Assembly (NCBI GenBank): GCA_051891435.1
Contig: JBJFFE010000016.1
Location: forward strand, 625 to 64,624
Length of the DNA: 64,000 bases
Source: Clostridia bacterium
GTDB taxonomy: Bacteria > Bacillota > Clostridia > TANB77 > CAG-508
Reading direction: 5' to 3'
Below are positions 8,558-19,121 of this stretch, piece by piece; within the stretch, counting starts at the first letter, position 1, and each line of letters opens with the position of its first letter. Both the position numbers and the translations under genes were made by a program. The notes beneath the pieces were generated by a model. That model did no database searches, was not told the DNA's origin, and saw only the letters and a program-made list of their open reading frames with translations.

Positions 8558-9556
8558 ATGAATTTTATTGAAAAAATTAAAGAAAAAGCAAGTAAAGAGG
8601 TAAAAACAATAGTATTACCTGAAGCAACAGATATAAGAGTTTTAAAAGCAACTGAAATATTAAATAAAGAAAAGTTTGCAAAAGTTATACTTATTGGAAA
8701 TGAAGAAAAAGTAAATAAACTTTCAAAAGAAAACAATATTAATCTTGGAGATACAAAAATAATAAATCCAGAAAATTCAGAAAAACAAGAAGAATATGCA
8801 AATAAACTTTATGAACTAAGAAAAGCAAAAGGAATGACAGAAGAAGAGGCAAAAAAATTAATATTAAATCCAGTTTACTATGGAATGATGATGGTAAAAT
8901 TAGAAGAGGCTGATGGATTGGTATCAGGTGCGATACATTCAACAGCAGATACTTTAAGACCAGCACTACAAATAATAAAAACAGCTCCAGAAACGAAACT
9001 GGTTTCTACTTTTGCAGCAATAGATGTTCCAAATTGTGAATTTGGAGAAAATGGGTTATTTTTCTTTGCAGATTGTGGATTAAATCAAAATCCTAATAGT
9101 GAAGAATTAGCTGAAATTGCATTATCTACTGCAAAAAGTTTTGAAACTTTAGTAGGAGAAGAGCCAAAAGTGGCAATGCTTTCTTACTCTACAATGGGAA
9201 GTGCAAAAGCAGAAGAGGTTACAAAAGTTCAAGAAGCAACACATATTGCAAAAGAACAAGCACCAGATTTAATGTTAGACGGGGAAATGCAATTAGATGC
9301 AGCAATTGTTCCAAGTGTAGCACAAAGTAAAGCACCAGAAAGCAAAGTTGCAGGAAAGGCAAATGTACTAGTATTCCCAGAACTAGAAGCAGGAAATATA
9401 GGTTATAAATTAGTAGAAAGACTTGCAAAAGCAGAAGCATATGGACCAATATGCCAAGGAATAGCAAAGCCAGTAAACGATTTATCAAGAGGTTGCAAAG
9501 CAGAAGATATAGTTGGTGTTGTAGCAATAACAGCAGTGCAAGCACAAAATATGTAG
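8558..9556 (+). CDS. pta: Phosphate acetyltransferase
   Basis: 332 aa, collinear with short-form Pta (IVLPEATD.RVLKA, DGLVSGA.HSTADTLRPALQIIKT, YSTMGSAKAE, LVFPELEAGNIGYKL). Confidence 0.95.
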   Translation: MNFIEKIKEKASKEVKTIVLPEATDIRVLKATEILNKEKFAKVILIGNEEKVNKLSKENNINLGDTKIINPENSEKQEEYANKLYELRKAKGMTEEEAKKLILNPVYYGMMMVKLEEADGLVSGAIHSTADTLRPALQIIKTAPETKLVSTFAAIDVPNCEFGENGLFFFADCGLNQNPNSEELAEIALSTAKSFETLVGEEPKVAMLSYSTMGSAKAEEVTKVQEATHIAKEQAPDLMLDGEMQLDAAIVPSVAQSKAPESKVAGKANVLVFPELEAGNIGYKLVERLAKAEAYGPICQGIAKPVNDLSRGCKAEDIVGVVAITAVQAQNM

Positions 9557-9664
9557 ATATGTATTAATTGCTAAAATTTTCTTACCTTTTACCCCTTGCA
9601 TACTCTTTTACCATATAGTATAATTAGCTTGTAATTAAAAACACAAAAGAAAGGGGAAAGAGAT

Positions 9665-10240
9665 ATGAATAAAACAGTAAAAACAATTATTATTGCACTT
9701 ATTGTTATTGCAATAGTAGTAGCAGTTGTTGTTGCAATTTTTATGGTAAATAGAAAACCAAAAACAAATTTGGAGACAGTAAATAGTAATGAGGATTTAT
9801 TAGCATTGGTTGATAAACTTTATGAGGGGCAAAAAGGTTTATTCTCAAGTTTGCAAAATGAAGCAGTAGATGTTACAGATGATGATTTTATACAATATTA
9901 TACAGGACTTGAAAATGGTACAAACTTAGAATATGTTGTTACATCAGAACCAATGATTAGTTCACAAGCATATTCACTAGTACTTGCGAAAGTAAAAAAT
10001 GGTGTTGATGCTAATTCAGTTGCAAAAGAAATGTCTGAAAAAGTAAATACATCAAAATGGATATGTGTTTCTGCAGAAAAACTTTATGTAACAAGTAGTG
10101 GAGATATAGTATTCCTTGTAATGTCTAGTGAAGATATGGCTAAACCTATTTACGAAAAATTTAAAACATTAGCTGGAAATGTAAATGAAGTATATGAAAA
10201 AACTGAAGAAGAAATAGAATTACCACCAGAAATGTATTAA
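9665..10240 (+). CDS. Membrane-anchored hypothetical protein (possibly DUF4358-like)
   Basis: 191 aa with an N-terminal TM helix and a soluble domain. The family assignment is only from recollection of similar clostridial proteins. Confidence 0.55.
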   Translation: MNKTVKTIIIALIVIAIVVAVVVAIFMVNRKPKTNLETVNSNEDLLALVDKLYEGQKGLFSSLQNEAVDVTDDDFIQYYTGLENGTNLEYVVTSEPMISSQAYSLVLAKVKNGVDANSVAKEMSEKVNTSKWICVSAEKLYVTSSGDIVFLVMSSEDMAKPIYEKFKTLAGNVNEVYEKTEEEIELPPEMY

Positions 10241-10312
10241 TAAAAACTATAAAGTATCGCCGTAGATTAATTATATATTTTACGGCGATATTGCTATGTA
10301 TAAGGAGAAAAA

Positions 10313-11698
10313 ATGGTATTTTCAAGTATAACTTTTTTATTTTATTTTTTACCAATAGTGCTATTGGTTTATTATACAGTACCAAAAAAATGTAAAAATA
10401 TAGTATTATTAATAGCATCACTTACATTTTATTTTTATGGAGAACCCAAATACACATTATTAATGGTATTTTCCATTATTTGTACATACTTTTTTGGACT
10501 TTTAATTAATAAATATAAAAAACATTCAAAATTATTTTTAGTGCTTTCAATTGCTATAAGTGTAGGAATATTAATTTATTTTAAATATATAAACTTTATA
10601 ATACAAAACATTAATTTATGGCTTACAAACAAAATAGATTTTATTCATGTTGTATTGCCAATAGGAATATCATTCTATACTTTCCAAATGATTAGCTATA
10701 TTGTTGATGTATACAGAGGACAAGCAAAGGTTCAAAAAAATATTTTAAAACTTGCAATGTATATTTCACTATTCCCACAATTAATAGCAGGACCAATTGT
10801 ACGATATACTACAATAGAAGAACAACTTGAAAATAGAAAACACACATTTGAAAAATTTGCTTTTGGAGTTAGAAGATTTGTGATTGGACTTGGTAAAAAA
10901 GTGCTAATTGCAAATGTTTTAGGAGAATTAACTTCCATATTTCTATCAAGTAATGAGATGAGTGTTTTATATTATTGGATATATGGAATAGCTGCAATGC
11001 TTCAGATTTATTTTGATTTTTCTGGTTATTCAGATATGGCTATAGGTCTTGGAAAAATGTTTGGTTTTGATTTTTTAGAAAATTTTAATTACCCATATAC
11101 TGCAACAAGTATAACCGACTTTTGGAGAAAATGGCACATATCACTAAGCTCATGGTTTAGAGATTATGTATATATTCCACTTGGAGGAAATAGAGTAAGT
11201 AAACTAAAATGGATAAGAAATATTCTTATAGTGTGGATGCTAACAGGACTATGGCATGGCGCAGCATGGAACTTTATACTTTGGGGATTATTCTTTGGAA
11301 TATTATTAATTATAGAAAAACTATTTTTAGAAAAAATCTTAAAAAAATTGCCTAAATTTTTATCAAGAATTTATGTATTGATGGCTGTAATGATTAGTTT
11401 TATTATATTTAATGGAGAAAACTTTACACAAATTATGCAAAATATAGGAGGACTAATTGGAATAGGGGGAATTCCGCTAGTTTCAAAGGAAAGTATATAT
11501 TATTTAAAAAGCTATTTTGTGGTTATTGCAGTTGGAATAGTTGGGGCAACTCCAATTTTTAAAAACATTGCAAATAACAAAAAAATACATAAAGTTATTA
11601 ATATATTAGAACCTATATTTTTACTTGGAATATTACTACTTTCTACAAGCTATATTATAGATGGTTCATTTAACCCATTTTTATATTTTAGATTTTAG
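10313..11698 (+). CDS. MBOAT family O-acyltransferase (AlgI/DltB-like)
   Basis: 461 aa, polytopic. FWRKWHISLSSWFRDYVYIPLGGNR and LWHGAAWNF contain the MBOAT catalytic His region. Confidence 0.9.
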   Translation: MVFSSITFLFYFLPIVLLVYYTVPKKCKNIVLLIASLTFYFYGEPKYTLLMVFSIICTYFFGLLINKYKKHSKLFLVLSIAISVGILIYFKYINFIIQNINLWLTNKIDFIHVVLPIGISFYTFQMISYIVDVYRGQAKVQKNILKLAMYISLFPQLIAGPIVRYTTIEEQLENRKHTFEKFAFGVRRFVIGLGKKVLIANVLGELTSIFLSSNEMSVLYYWIYGIAAMLQIYFDFSGYSDMAIGLGKMFGFDFLENFNYPYTATSITDFWRKWHISLSSWFRDYVYIPLGGNRVSKLKWIRNILIVWMLTGLWHGAAWNFILWGLFFGILLIIEKLFLEKILKKLPKFLSRIYVLMAVMISFIIFNGENFTQIMQNIGGLIGIGGIPLVSKESIYYLKSYFVVIAVGIVGATPIFKNIANNKKIHKVINILEPIFLLGILLLSTSYIIDGSFNPFLYFRF

Positions 11699-11710
11699 GA
11701 GGGGAAAATA

Positions 11711-12793
11711 ATGCAATATAAAACAAAAAACATAATTATTACAATAGGTTTTGTGAGTTTATTAATACTAGTATTTTCCATAAACATAGTAGTAGAAGAT
11801 AAACAAATATCTATTACAGAAAGAAGAAAACTAGCAGGTTTCCCAGAAATTTCTATATCTAAATTATTAACAGGGGAAACAACTAGTAAATTCGAAAATT
11901 ACGCAGTAGACCAATTTGTTGCTAGAGATACTTTTAGAAGTATTAAAGCTTTTTATAGCACAAACATTTACAGACAAAAGGATAACAATAACTTTTTCGA
12001 AAAAGATGGAGCAATTTATAAAATGGATTATCCGTTAAATGAGAAAAACATAGAAAAATCTGCAAGTAAAATTAATGAGGTATATAATACATATTTAAAA
12101 GGTATGAATGTATACTTTGCAATTATTCCAGATAAAAATTATTATTTAGAAAATGATGACCACTTAAAATTTGATTATAACCTAGTAAAACAAATTATGA
12201 ATAATGAGCTAACTAACCTAAAATATATTGATATTTGGGATAGTTTAGAACTAGAGGATTATTACAAAACAGACCTTCATTGGAGACAAGAAAAATTGGG
12301 TAGGGTCGTAAATACAATAGAAACAAATATGAATTTAAAAAACACAGAAAGTAACTATGTAATATGTGATTTAGGAAAATTTTATGGAACATATTATGGA
12401 CAATTAAGTGCAAATGTTATGCCAGATAAAATGTATGTTTTAATTAATGATACAATAAATAATTGTATTACATATAATTATGAAACCCAAAAAACAGGTA
12501 AAATCTATGATGAAACACCTTCACAAGATAAATATGATATTTATCTATCAGGTGCAACACCAATAATTAGTATAGAAAATGAAAATGCAACAACAGACAA
12601 AGAGCTATTAATGTTTAGGGACTCATTTGGAAGCAGTATAGCACCATTATTAATGGAAAATTATAAAAAAATAACACTAATAGACTTAAGGTACATATCA
12701 AGTAAAATACTGGGTTCATATATTGAATTTAAAGACCAAGATGTTCTATTTTTATATAGTACAGTAGTATTAAATCAAAATATATTAAAATAG
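11711..12793 (+). CDS. DHHW-family / AlgJ-like extracytoplasmic O-acyltransferase partner
   Basis: 360 aa with an N-terminal TM and a KTDLHWRQE block (DHHW-type motif). It sits immediately downstream of the MBOAT gene, as in AlgI/AlgJ-type pairs. Confidence 0.7.
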   Translation: MQYKTKNIIITIGFVSLLILVFSINIVVEDKQISITERRKLAGFPEISISKLLTGETTSKFENYAVDQFVARDTFRSIKAFYSTNIYRQKDNNNFFEKDGAIYKMDYPLNEKNIEKSASKINEVYNTYLKGMNVYFAIIPDKNYYLENDDHLKFDYNLVKQIMNNELTNLKYIDIWDSLELEDYYKTDLHWRQEKLGRVVNTIETNMNLKNTESNYVICDLGKFYGTYYGQLSANVMPDKMYVLINDTINNCITYNYETQKTGKIYDETPSQDKYDIYLSGATPIISIENENATTDKELLMFRDSFGSSIAPLLMENYKKITLIDLRYISSKILGSYIEFKDQDVLFLYSTVVLNQNILK

Positions 12794-12889
12794 AAAAATT
12801 ATCCTAATAAACTCTTGCATTATGGCAAAATATAATATAAAATAAAAACCTAGGAAAAATTAAACCAAATTTAGAAGGAGAGACCAGAT

Positions 12890-14089
12890 ATGAAAATTTT
12901 AGTAGTAAATTGTGGAAGTTCATCATTAAAATATCAATTAATAAACATGGATAATGATGAAGTATTAGCATCAGGAAAATGTGACAGAATTGGTGTAAAA
13001 GGGATGGAAATGCCTTTTGTTGAGTACAAAAGAAATGGAAAAAAACATGTAAAAGAATTAGAATTACCAAACCATACAGTAGCATTTGAAGCTGTACTTG
13101 AATTTTTAACAGATGCAGAAATTGGAGCAATAAAAGATATTAGCGAAATTGATGCTATAGGTCATAGAATAGTAAATGGAGGACCAAGCTTTACAAAATC
13201 AGTAGTAATTACACCAGAAGTTTTAGAAGAATATAATAAATGTATTGAATATGCACCATTACATAATCCAGCACATTTACAAGGAATAAATGCTTGTATG
13301 AGCTTAATGCCAAATGTGCCAGAAGTATTAGTATTTGATACATCATTCCATAGAACAATACCAGAAAAAGCAGCATTATATGCAATACCATATGAATATT
13401 ATGAAAAATATGCAATAAAAAGATATGGAGCACATGGTATATCACATCAATTTATAACAAAAGCTGCAGCAGAAAAACTAGGTAAAAAACCAGAAGAAAT
13501 AAACATTATTTCTTGCCATTTAGGAAATGGAGCAAGTTTAGCAGCAATAGAAAAAGGTAAATGTGTAGATACATCAATGGGATTAACACCACTTGAAGGA
13601 TTAGTTATGGGAACAAGATCTGGAGATGTAGACCCAGCAGTTTTACAATTTGTAATGAAAAAAGAAAACTTAAGTATAGACGAAATGTTAAATATCTTAA
13701 ATAAAAAATCAGGTATGCTTGGCGTATCTGGAACAACAGGAGATATGAGAGACTTAAAAGGATTAAGAGATAAGGGAGATAAAAGAGCAGAACTTGCATT
13801 AGAAATGTTCTCATACAGAGTAAGAAAATATATTGGAGCATATATGGCAGTGTTAGGGCATGTAGATGCAATTATATTTGAAGGCGGAATTGGAGAACAT
13901 AACTTAGATGCAGTTGCAAAATCAGTTGAAGGATTAGAAGAATTTGGAATAAAATTAGATAGAACAAACTTAGCTGATGAATGTTATGAAGGAATAATAA
14001 GTACACCAGATTCAAGAATTCCAATGTATGTAATTCCAACAAACGAAGAACTAGAAATAGCAAAAGAAACAATGGAATTAGTAAAATAA
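12890..14089 (+). CDS. ackA: Acetate kinase
   Basis: 399 aa. ILVVNCGSSSLKYQL, GHRIVNGG, CHLGNGASL and GEHN motifs. Confidence 0.95.
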   Translation: MKILVVNCGSSSLKYQLINMDNDEVLASGKCDRIGVKGMEMPFVEYKRNGKKHVKELELPNHTVAFEAVLEFLTDAEIGAIKDISEIDAIGHRIVNGGPSFTKSVVITPEVLEEYNKCIEYAPLHNPAHLQGINACMSLMPNVPEVLVFDTSFHRTIPEKAALYAIPYEYYEKYAIKRYGAHGISHQFITKAAAEKLGKKPEEINIISCHLGNGASLAAIEKGKCVDTSMGLTPLEGLVMGTRSGDVDPAVLQFVMKKENLSIDEMLNILNKKSGMLGVSGTTGDMRDLKGLRDKGDKRAELALEMFSYRVRKYIGAYMAVLGHVDAIIFEGGIGEHNLDAVAKSVEGLEEFGIKLDRTNLADECYEGIISTPDSRIPMYVIPTNEELEIAKETMELVK

Positions 14090-14094
14090 GTAAT

Positions 14095-14262
14095 TTAGGG
14101 GTTCAATTCTTCGAAGTTTATACAAGAAACCTCCTTTAACAAGGGAGGTGGCAGCCGAAGGCTGACGGAGGGTTCTTAAATCAAATTTAAAAGAACCCCC
14201 AGTCACCTTCGGTGACAGCCCCCTTATTAAAGGGGCTCTCGTGATAGGCCTTTGAAGCTTGT
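14095..14262. other. GC-rich intergenic island of about five consecutive stem-loops (candidate structured RNA or repeat cluster)
   Basis: Hairpins cctcc/ggagg, cagcc-gaa-ggctg, gggttctt/aagaaccc, gtcacc-ttc-ggtgac and agcccc/ggggct. Composition contrasts sharply with the surroundings. Confidence 0.5.
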
Positions 14263-14353
14263 TACACAAATTTTAATTAAACAGCAATTCATATTAGTTA
14301 TAAATGTAGATACAGGGAATTTGACCCTGTATATTTTATAAGAGGGAGTAAAT

Positions 14354-15922
14354 ATGAGTAAAAAAAGAGAAATCTTATTAATAACATTAATCTTAATAGT
14401 ACAAACAATAATATTTGTAATAGTAGGAGTAAATAAATCATACATACACATGGATGAAGCATATTCATTAGGACTTGCAAGCTATGATAAAGTAGAAATA
14501 CAAGATAACGAAGATTTTTATAATACTTGGCATAATAAAGAATATTATGAAGATTATTTAACAGTAAATGATGATGAAGTAGGCCAATATTCACAGGTAT
14601 ATGAAAATCAAAAAAACGATGTTCATCCACCTTTATATTATTTAATATTAAGAATTGCTATGGGATTTTCAAAAAACCATTATTCAAAATGGCCAGGAAT
14701 AGTGGTAAATATTATAATATACATGTTTATAACAATATTTATGTACTTAATACTAGAAAAAATATTGGCAAATAAGGAAAAATCAAAAGAAAAAGCAATG
14801 ATACTGGCATTTATTTCATCAATAACAATGGCGTCATTAACAAATGTAATATATATTAGAATGTATACACTTTCTACATTAAATATATTAATTACAACAT
14901 ATTTACATATGAAGCTATTAGATAGTGAAAAGTTAAACTACAAATTATTAATTGGCATTGGACTTAGTGCTCTAGCAGGTTCTCTAACACATTATTATTA
15001 CTTATTCTATTTAGCAATGTTATACTTATTATTTGCAATAAAATATATAAAAGAAAAGAACTTTAAAAATTTAATTTGGTATACTATAACAATGGGAATA
15101 GCAGGAATTCTATCACTTGCAATTTTCCCATATTCAATCAAGCATATGTTTTTTGGGTATAGAGGACAAGGGGTAATTAGCAAATTAATGGATGTACCAC
15201 AATTTTTAACAAGCCTCAAAGAATATCTAAAAAAAGTGAATATATTTGCCTTTAATAAATTGATGCTTGTAACTTTTGCTATAATATTGGTTTTAATAGT
15301 TTGTAATTTAATAAAAAATAAAAATGTTGTAAAGGAAAAAAATAAATATACAAAATTTATAATTTTTCCAACACTGTTTTACTTTATATTAGTTGCAGTA
15401 GCTTCGCCTTGGATAGAACTTCGATACATAATGCCAGTCTGCGGTTTGATATTTGTTTTAGTAATATATTACTTATACGAACTTCTAAATAACATATTGG
15501 GTGAAAAAATGTCAAATATATTAGTTGGATTAATTTTAGTCATAATATTAATAGCACCTGCTATCTTTAAAATCGAACCAGAAGTAGCTTTTAGCGATAA
15601 AAAGGAAATAGTGCAAAAATTAGGAAACGAATTAAATGTTCCAACTATCTATTGCTTTAATTCTGAGCAAAATAGATTTTTAGATGATATTTTGCTGTTC
15701 GCAACTGTAGATGAATCTTATGTTGCAAAAGATATGGAATATACAGTAGAAAACATGCAACAAATATTAGCAGGAAAAGATACACAAAAAGGACTTGTAA
15801 TTTTTATAAATGAGGGTCAAGAAAATGATGATATTTTAGAAGTTTTAAAAGAAACAACAAACTTGACAAATTGTGAATATTTGAAAAGATTAAATGCATG
15901 TGATGTGTATTATTTAAATTAA
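14354..15922 (+). CDS. Polytopic membrane glycosyltransferase, GT39/ArnT-like
   Basis: 522 aa with many TM helices, an N-terminal DEAYS loop motif and HPPLYY, typical of ArnT/PMT-type (GT-C) enzymes. Confidence 0.7.
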   Translation: MSKKREILLITLILIVQTIIFVIVGVNKSYIHMDEAYSLGLASYDKVEIQDNEDFYNTWHNKEYYEDYLTVNDDEVGQYSQVYENQKNDVHPPLYYLILRIAMGFSKNHYSKWPGIVVNIIIYMFITIFMYLILEKILANKEKSKEKAMILAFISSITMASLTNVIYIRMYTLSTLNILITTYLHMKLLDSEKLNYKLLIGIGLSALAGSLTHYYYLFYLAMLYLLFAIKYIKEKNFKNLIWYTITMGIAGILSLAIFPYSIKHMFFGYRGQGVISKLMDVPQFLTSLKEYLKKVNIFAFNKLMLVTFAIILVLIVCNLIKNKNVVKEKNKYTKFIIFPTLFYFILVAVASPWIELRYIMPVCGLIFVLVIYYLYELLNNILGEKMSNILVGLILVIILIAPAIFKIEPEVAFSDKKEIVQKLGNELNVPTIYCFNSEQNRFLDDILLFATVDESYVAKDMEYTVENMQQILAGKDTQKGLVIFINEGQENDDILEVLKETTNLTNCEYLKRLNACDVYYLN

Positions 15923-16107
15923 AAATTTATTTATTATTCAGCCATTTTGTGTACTTTACAAAATGGCTGAACGCTTATATTTAATATATATTCACACTTA
16001 AACTGTAAAAAAAATTCATGCAAAAAAAAATAAAAAAATGTTGAAAAATAGTATGTAGTATAATATAATAAATTTAAATTTGAGATTACTGAAGAGAAGG
16101 GTAAAAA

Positions 16108-17064
16108 ATGAAAAAGTTTTTTAAGTTTTTAGGAATATTTTTATTAATTGTAATTATAGCCTGTGTTGCTGCAGTAGCTATATTTTTAAAGTCCAAATTA
16201 AATAAAATTAATTATGAAAATGTAACAGTAAATGAGATAGAAATAAATGAAGGTGTAGAAGAAGTACTAACAGGTTATACCAATATAGCACTTCTAGGAT
16301 TAGATGCCCAAGATGCTACTTTTACAAACAGCAGAAGTGACTGTATAATGATAATAAGTATAAATAATGAAACAAAAGATGTAAAAATAGCATCAGTATA
16401 TAGAGATACGTACTTAAATATAGAAGGACATGGATTAGACAAGGTAACACATGCATATGCTTATGGAAAAGCACCTTTAGCACTGAGTACACTAAATACA
16501 AATTTAGATTTAGATATAACAAAATATGTAACAATAGACTTTGACTCTGTTATAAACATTGTAGATGCAATTGGTGGAGTAACCATAACAGTAACATCTG
16601 CAGAAGCTTCACAAATTCCAGGAATAAGTGGAGCAGGTACATATAACTTAACAGGAACACAGGCACTAGCATATGGAAGAATAAGAAAAATAGATAGTGA
16701 CTATGTCAGAACAGAAAGAATGAGAACAGTATTAATTAAAGTTTTTGAAAAGGCAAAGGGACTAACATATGCAAAATTAAATTCTTTGATAGATGAGTTA
16801 TTACCAGAAGTTACAACAAACATAACTCAAACAGAAATACTATCATATGCATCAAAAATTACTGCATATAATGTAATTGATAATTTTGGATGGCCATATG
16901 AAGTAAGAGGATATACTGGAGCAGCATGGTATGCAGCACCTGTAACATTAGAAGAAAATGTAAGGAAGCTACATGAACAATTATTTGAAAACGAAGAATA
17001 TGAAGTATCTGAAACAGTAAAAGGAATAAGCCAAAGTATAATAAATAGAACAGGGTATAGATAA
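16108..17064 (+). CDS. LytR-CpsA-Psr (LCP) family glycopolymer transferase
   Basis: 318 aa with an N-terminal TM, RSDCIMIISIN, SVYRDTY, DKVTHAYAYG and LAYGRIRK motifs. Confidence 0.9.
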   Translation: MKKFFKFLGIFLLIVIIACVAAVAIFLKSKLNKINYENVTVNEIEINEGVEEVLTGYTNIALLGLDAQDATFTNSRSDCIMIISINNETKDVKIASVYRDTYLNIEGHGLDKVTHAYAYGKAPLALSTLNTNLDLDITKYVTIDFDSVINIVDAIGGVTITVTSAEASQIPGISGAGTYNLTGTQALAYGRIRKIDSDYVRTERMRTVLIKVFEKAKGLTYAKLNSLIDELLPEVTTNITQTEILSYASKITAYNVIDNFGWPYEVRGYTGAAWYAAPVTLEENVRKLHEQLFENEEYEVSETVKGISQSIINRTGYR

Positions 17065-17102
17065 AAATAATTAAATAACAATAAAGATTTTGGGGGATAA
17101 AA

Positions 17103-19091
17103 ATGAAAAAAATACGTAAGTATAGAAATGTCTTGTTGTTTTTAATAGATATATTAATAATCTTTGGAGCATATTTTATAACAGCATTTTTAATGCTAGA
17201 TATGGCAAAATTTATAAGTGCGGATAATTTAGAATTAATAAGTAATTCTATTATAATATCATTATTTGTATACGAAATAGTTTTTGGAATATTTGATTTA
17301 TATAAAAACATTACAAGATATGAAAATGGTAAAGATTATATAAAATACATATTAGCATGTGGAATTTCAGCATGCTTAGTAATTTTGTTAAAATTTATAT
17401 TCAAATTACAGTTAGTAACTGTTAAACAAATATTATTTACAAGTATAATAGTTGCTGTTGGAACTGTTACATATAGGGTAATAATAAGATTTATATTAAC
17501 ATTTGGAACTGATAGCACGGCTAATATTTCTGAAGATAAGAGAAAAAATTTACTTATAATTGGAGCAGGAGAAGCTGCAAGAGATATAATAAAAACCTTA
17601 AAAACAACAATGAGAAATACTTATAATATTGTTGGACTTATTGATGATAATGAGGGCAAATTCCACTATTTAATATCTGGTGTAAAGGTATTAGGAGATA
17701 GATACAAAATTGTAGAAATATGCAAAGCAAACAAAGTAGATGTAATATTCTTTTCAATTGCGAATATAAGCAATCAAGATAAAAAAGAAATATTACAAAT
17801 TTGCCAAGAAACTGGGGCAAAACTTAGAATGTTACCAGGAACAGCAGACTTAATAAAAAATAAGAATGTAATGCAAAATTTAAGAGATGTAGAAATAGAG
17901 GATATTCTTGGAAGAGATCCTATAGTACTAGATAATGAAAATATCGGAGAAATAATAAAGGACAAGCCAATTCTAGTAACAGGTGGAGGAGGCTCTATTG
18001 GTTCAGAATTATGTAGGCAGATTGTAAAATACAAACCAAGTAAACTAATAATTTTTGATATATATGAAAACAATCTATATAATATTGAAATAGAACTAAA
18101 ATCAAATCCAGATAATAATGATGTTGAAATAGTACCTATTGTAGGAAGTGTAAGAGACAAAAAAAGATTAGAAAATGTATTTGAGAAATACACACCATAT
18201 TTAGTATTCCATGCAGCAGCACATAAACATGTGCCATTAATGGAAGGAAGTCCGTTAGAGGCTATAAAAAACAACATATTTGGAACATACAATACAGTAA
18301 ACTGTGCAGATAAATATAATGTAAAAAAATTTATATTAATATCAACAGATAAGGCAGTAAACCCAACCAATATAATGGGTGCATCAAAAAGAATGTGTGA
18401 AATGATAGTACAAGCAAAAAACAAAGTAAGTAAAACAGATTATGCAGCTGTAAGATTCGGAAATGTGCTTGGAAGCAATGGCTCAGTAGTTCCATTATTT
18501 AAAAAACAAATAGCTGCTGGTGGACCAGTAACAGTTACACATAAAGAAATAACAAGATTTTTTATGACAATACCAGAAGCGGTGGGATTAGTTTTACAAG
18601 CAATGAGTTATGCAAAAGGTGGAGAAATATTTGTATTAGATATGGGAGAACCTGTAAAAATATATGACTTAGCAGTATCACTTATAAAATTAACAGGATT
18701 AGAACCAAATGTAGATATACCAATAAAAATAACAGGATTAAGACCTGGGGAAAAACTATATGAAGAACTTTTAATGAAAGAAGAGGGCTTAACACAAACT
18801 GAACACAATAAAATATTTATAGGAAAACCATCAAACATAACAAACGAAGAACTAGAAAATAAAATAAAAATACTACAAGAACTTGTTGCAAATGAAAACG
18901 TGGAAATTAGTAAAATAAAACAAACAATGAGAAAAATAGTACCAACATATAAAGAAGCAGAACAAGAAAAAACAGAGATAAACAATTTAGAAGTAAAACC
19001 GAAAATAGATGGAAAGAAAATAAAAACAATACTAAATAAGGTAAACAAATCAAACAAAGATAATAATGAATTAAAAGTAGAGGTAGGGTGA
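17103..19091 (+). CDS. Membrane-bound nucleotide-sugar 4,6-dehydratase (CapD/PglF/WbpM type)
   Basis: 662 aa with an N-terminal 4-TM region, two Rossmann-like regions, VTGGGGSIGSEL and STDKAVNPTNIMGASKR. Confidence 0.9.
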   Translation: MKKIRKYRNVLLFLIDILIIFGAYFITAFLMLDMAKFISADNLELISNSIIISLFVYEIVFGIFDLYKNITRYENGKDYIKYILACGISACLVILLKFIFKLQLVTVKQILFTSIIVAVGTVTYRVIIRFILTFGTDSTANISEDKRKNLLIIGAGEAARDIIKTLKTTMRNTYNIVGLIDDNEGKFHYLISGVKVLGDRYKIVEICKANKVDVIFFSIANISNQDKKEILQICQETGAKLRMLPGTADLIKNKNVMQNLRDVEIEDILGRDPIVLDNENIGEIIKDKPILVTGGGGSIGSELCRQIVKYKPSKLIIFDIYENNLYNIEIELKSNPDNNDVEIVPIVGSVRDKKRLENVFEKYTPYLVFHAAAHKHVPLMEGSPLEAIKNNIFGTYNTVNCADKYNVKKFILISTDKAVNPTNIMGASKRMCEMIVQAKNKVSKTDYAAVRFGNVLGSNGSVVPLFKKQIAAGGPVTVTHKEITRFFMTIPEAVGLVLQAMSYAKGGEIFVLDMGEPVKIYDLAVSLIKLTGLEPNVDIPIKITGLRPGEKLYEELLMKEEGLTQTEHNKIFIGKPSNITNEELENKIKILQELVANENVEISKIKQTMRKIVPTYKEAEQEKTEINNLEVKPKIDGKKIKTILNKVNKSNKDNNELKVEVG

Positions 19092-19121
19092 AAGATACCT
19101 TAATATAATAAAGGAAGAACT

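Noticed and set aside
14078-14269. A 63-aa minus-strand ORF across the ackA-downstream spacer.
   Set aside because: It coincides exactly with the GC-rich multi-hairpin island. It stays open only because of GC richness, and it has no RBS.
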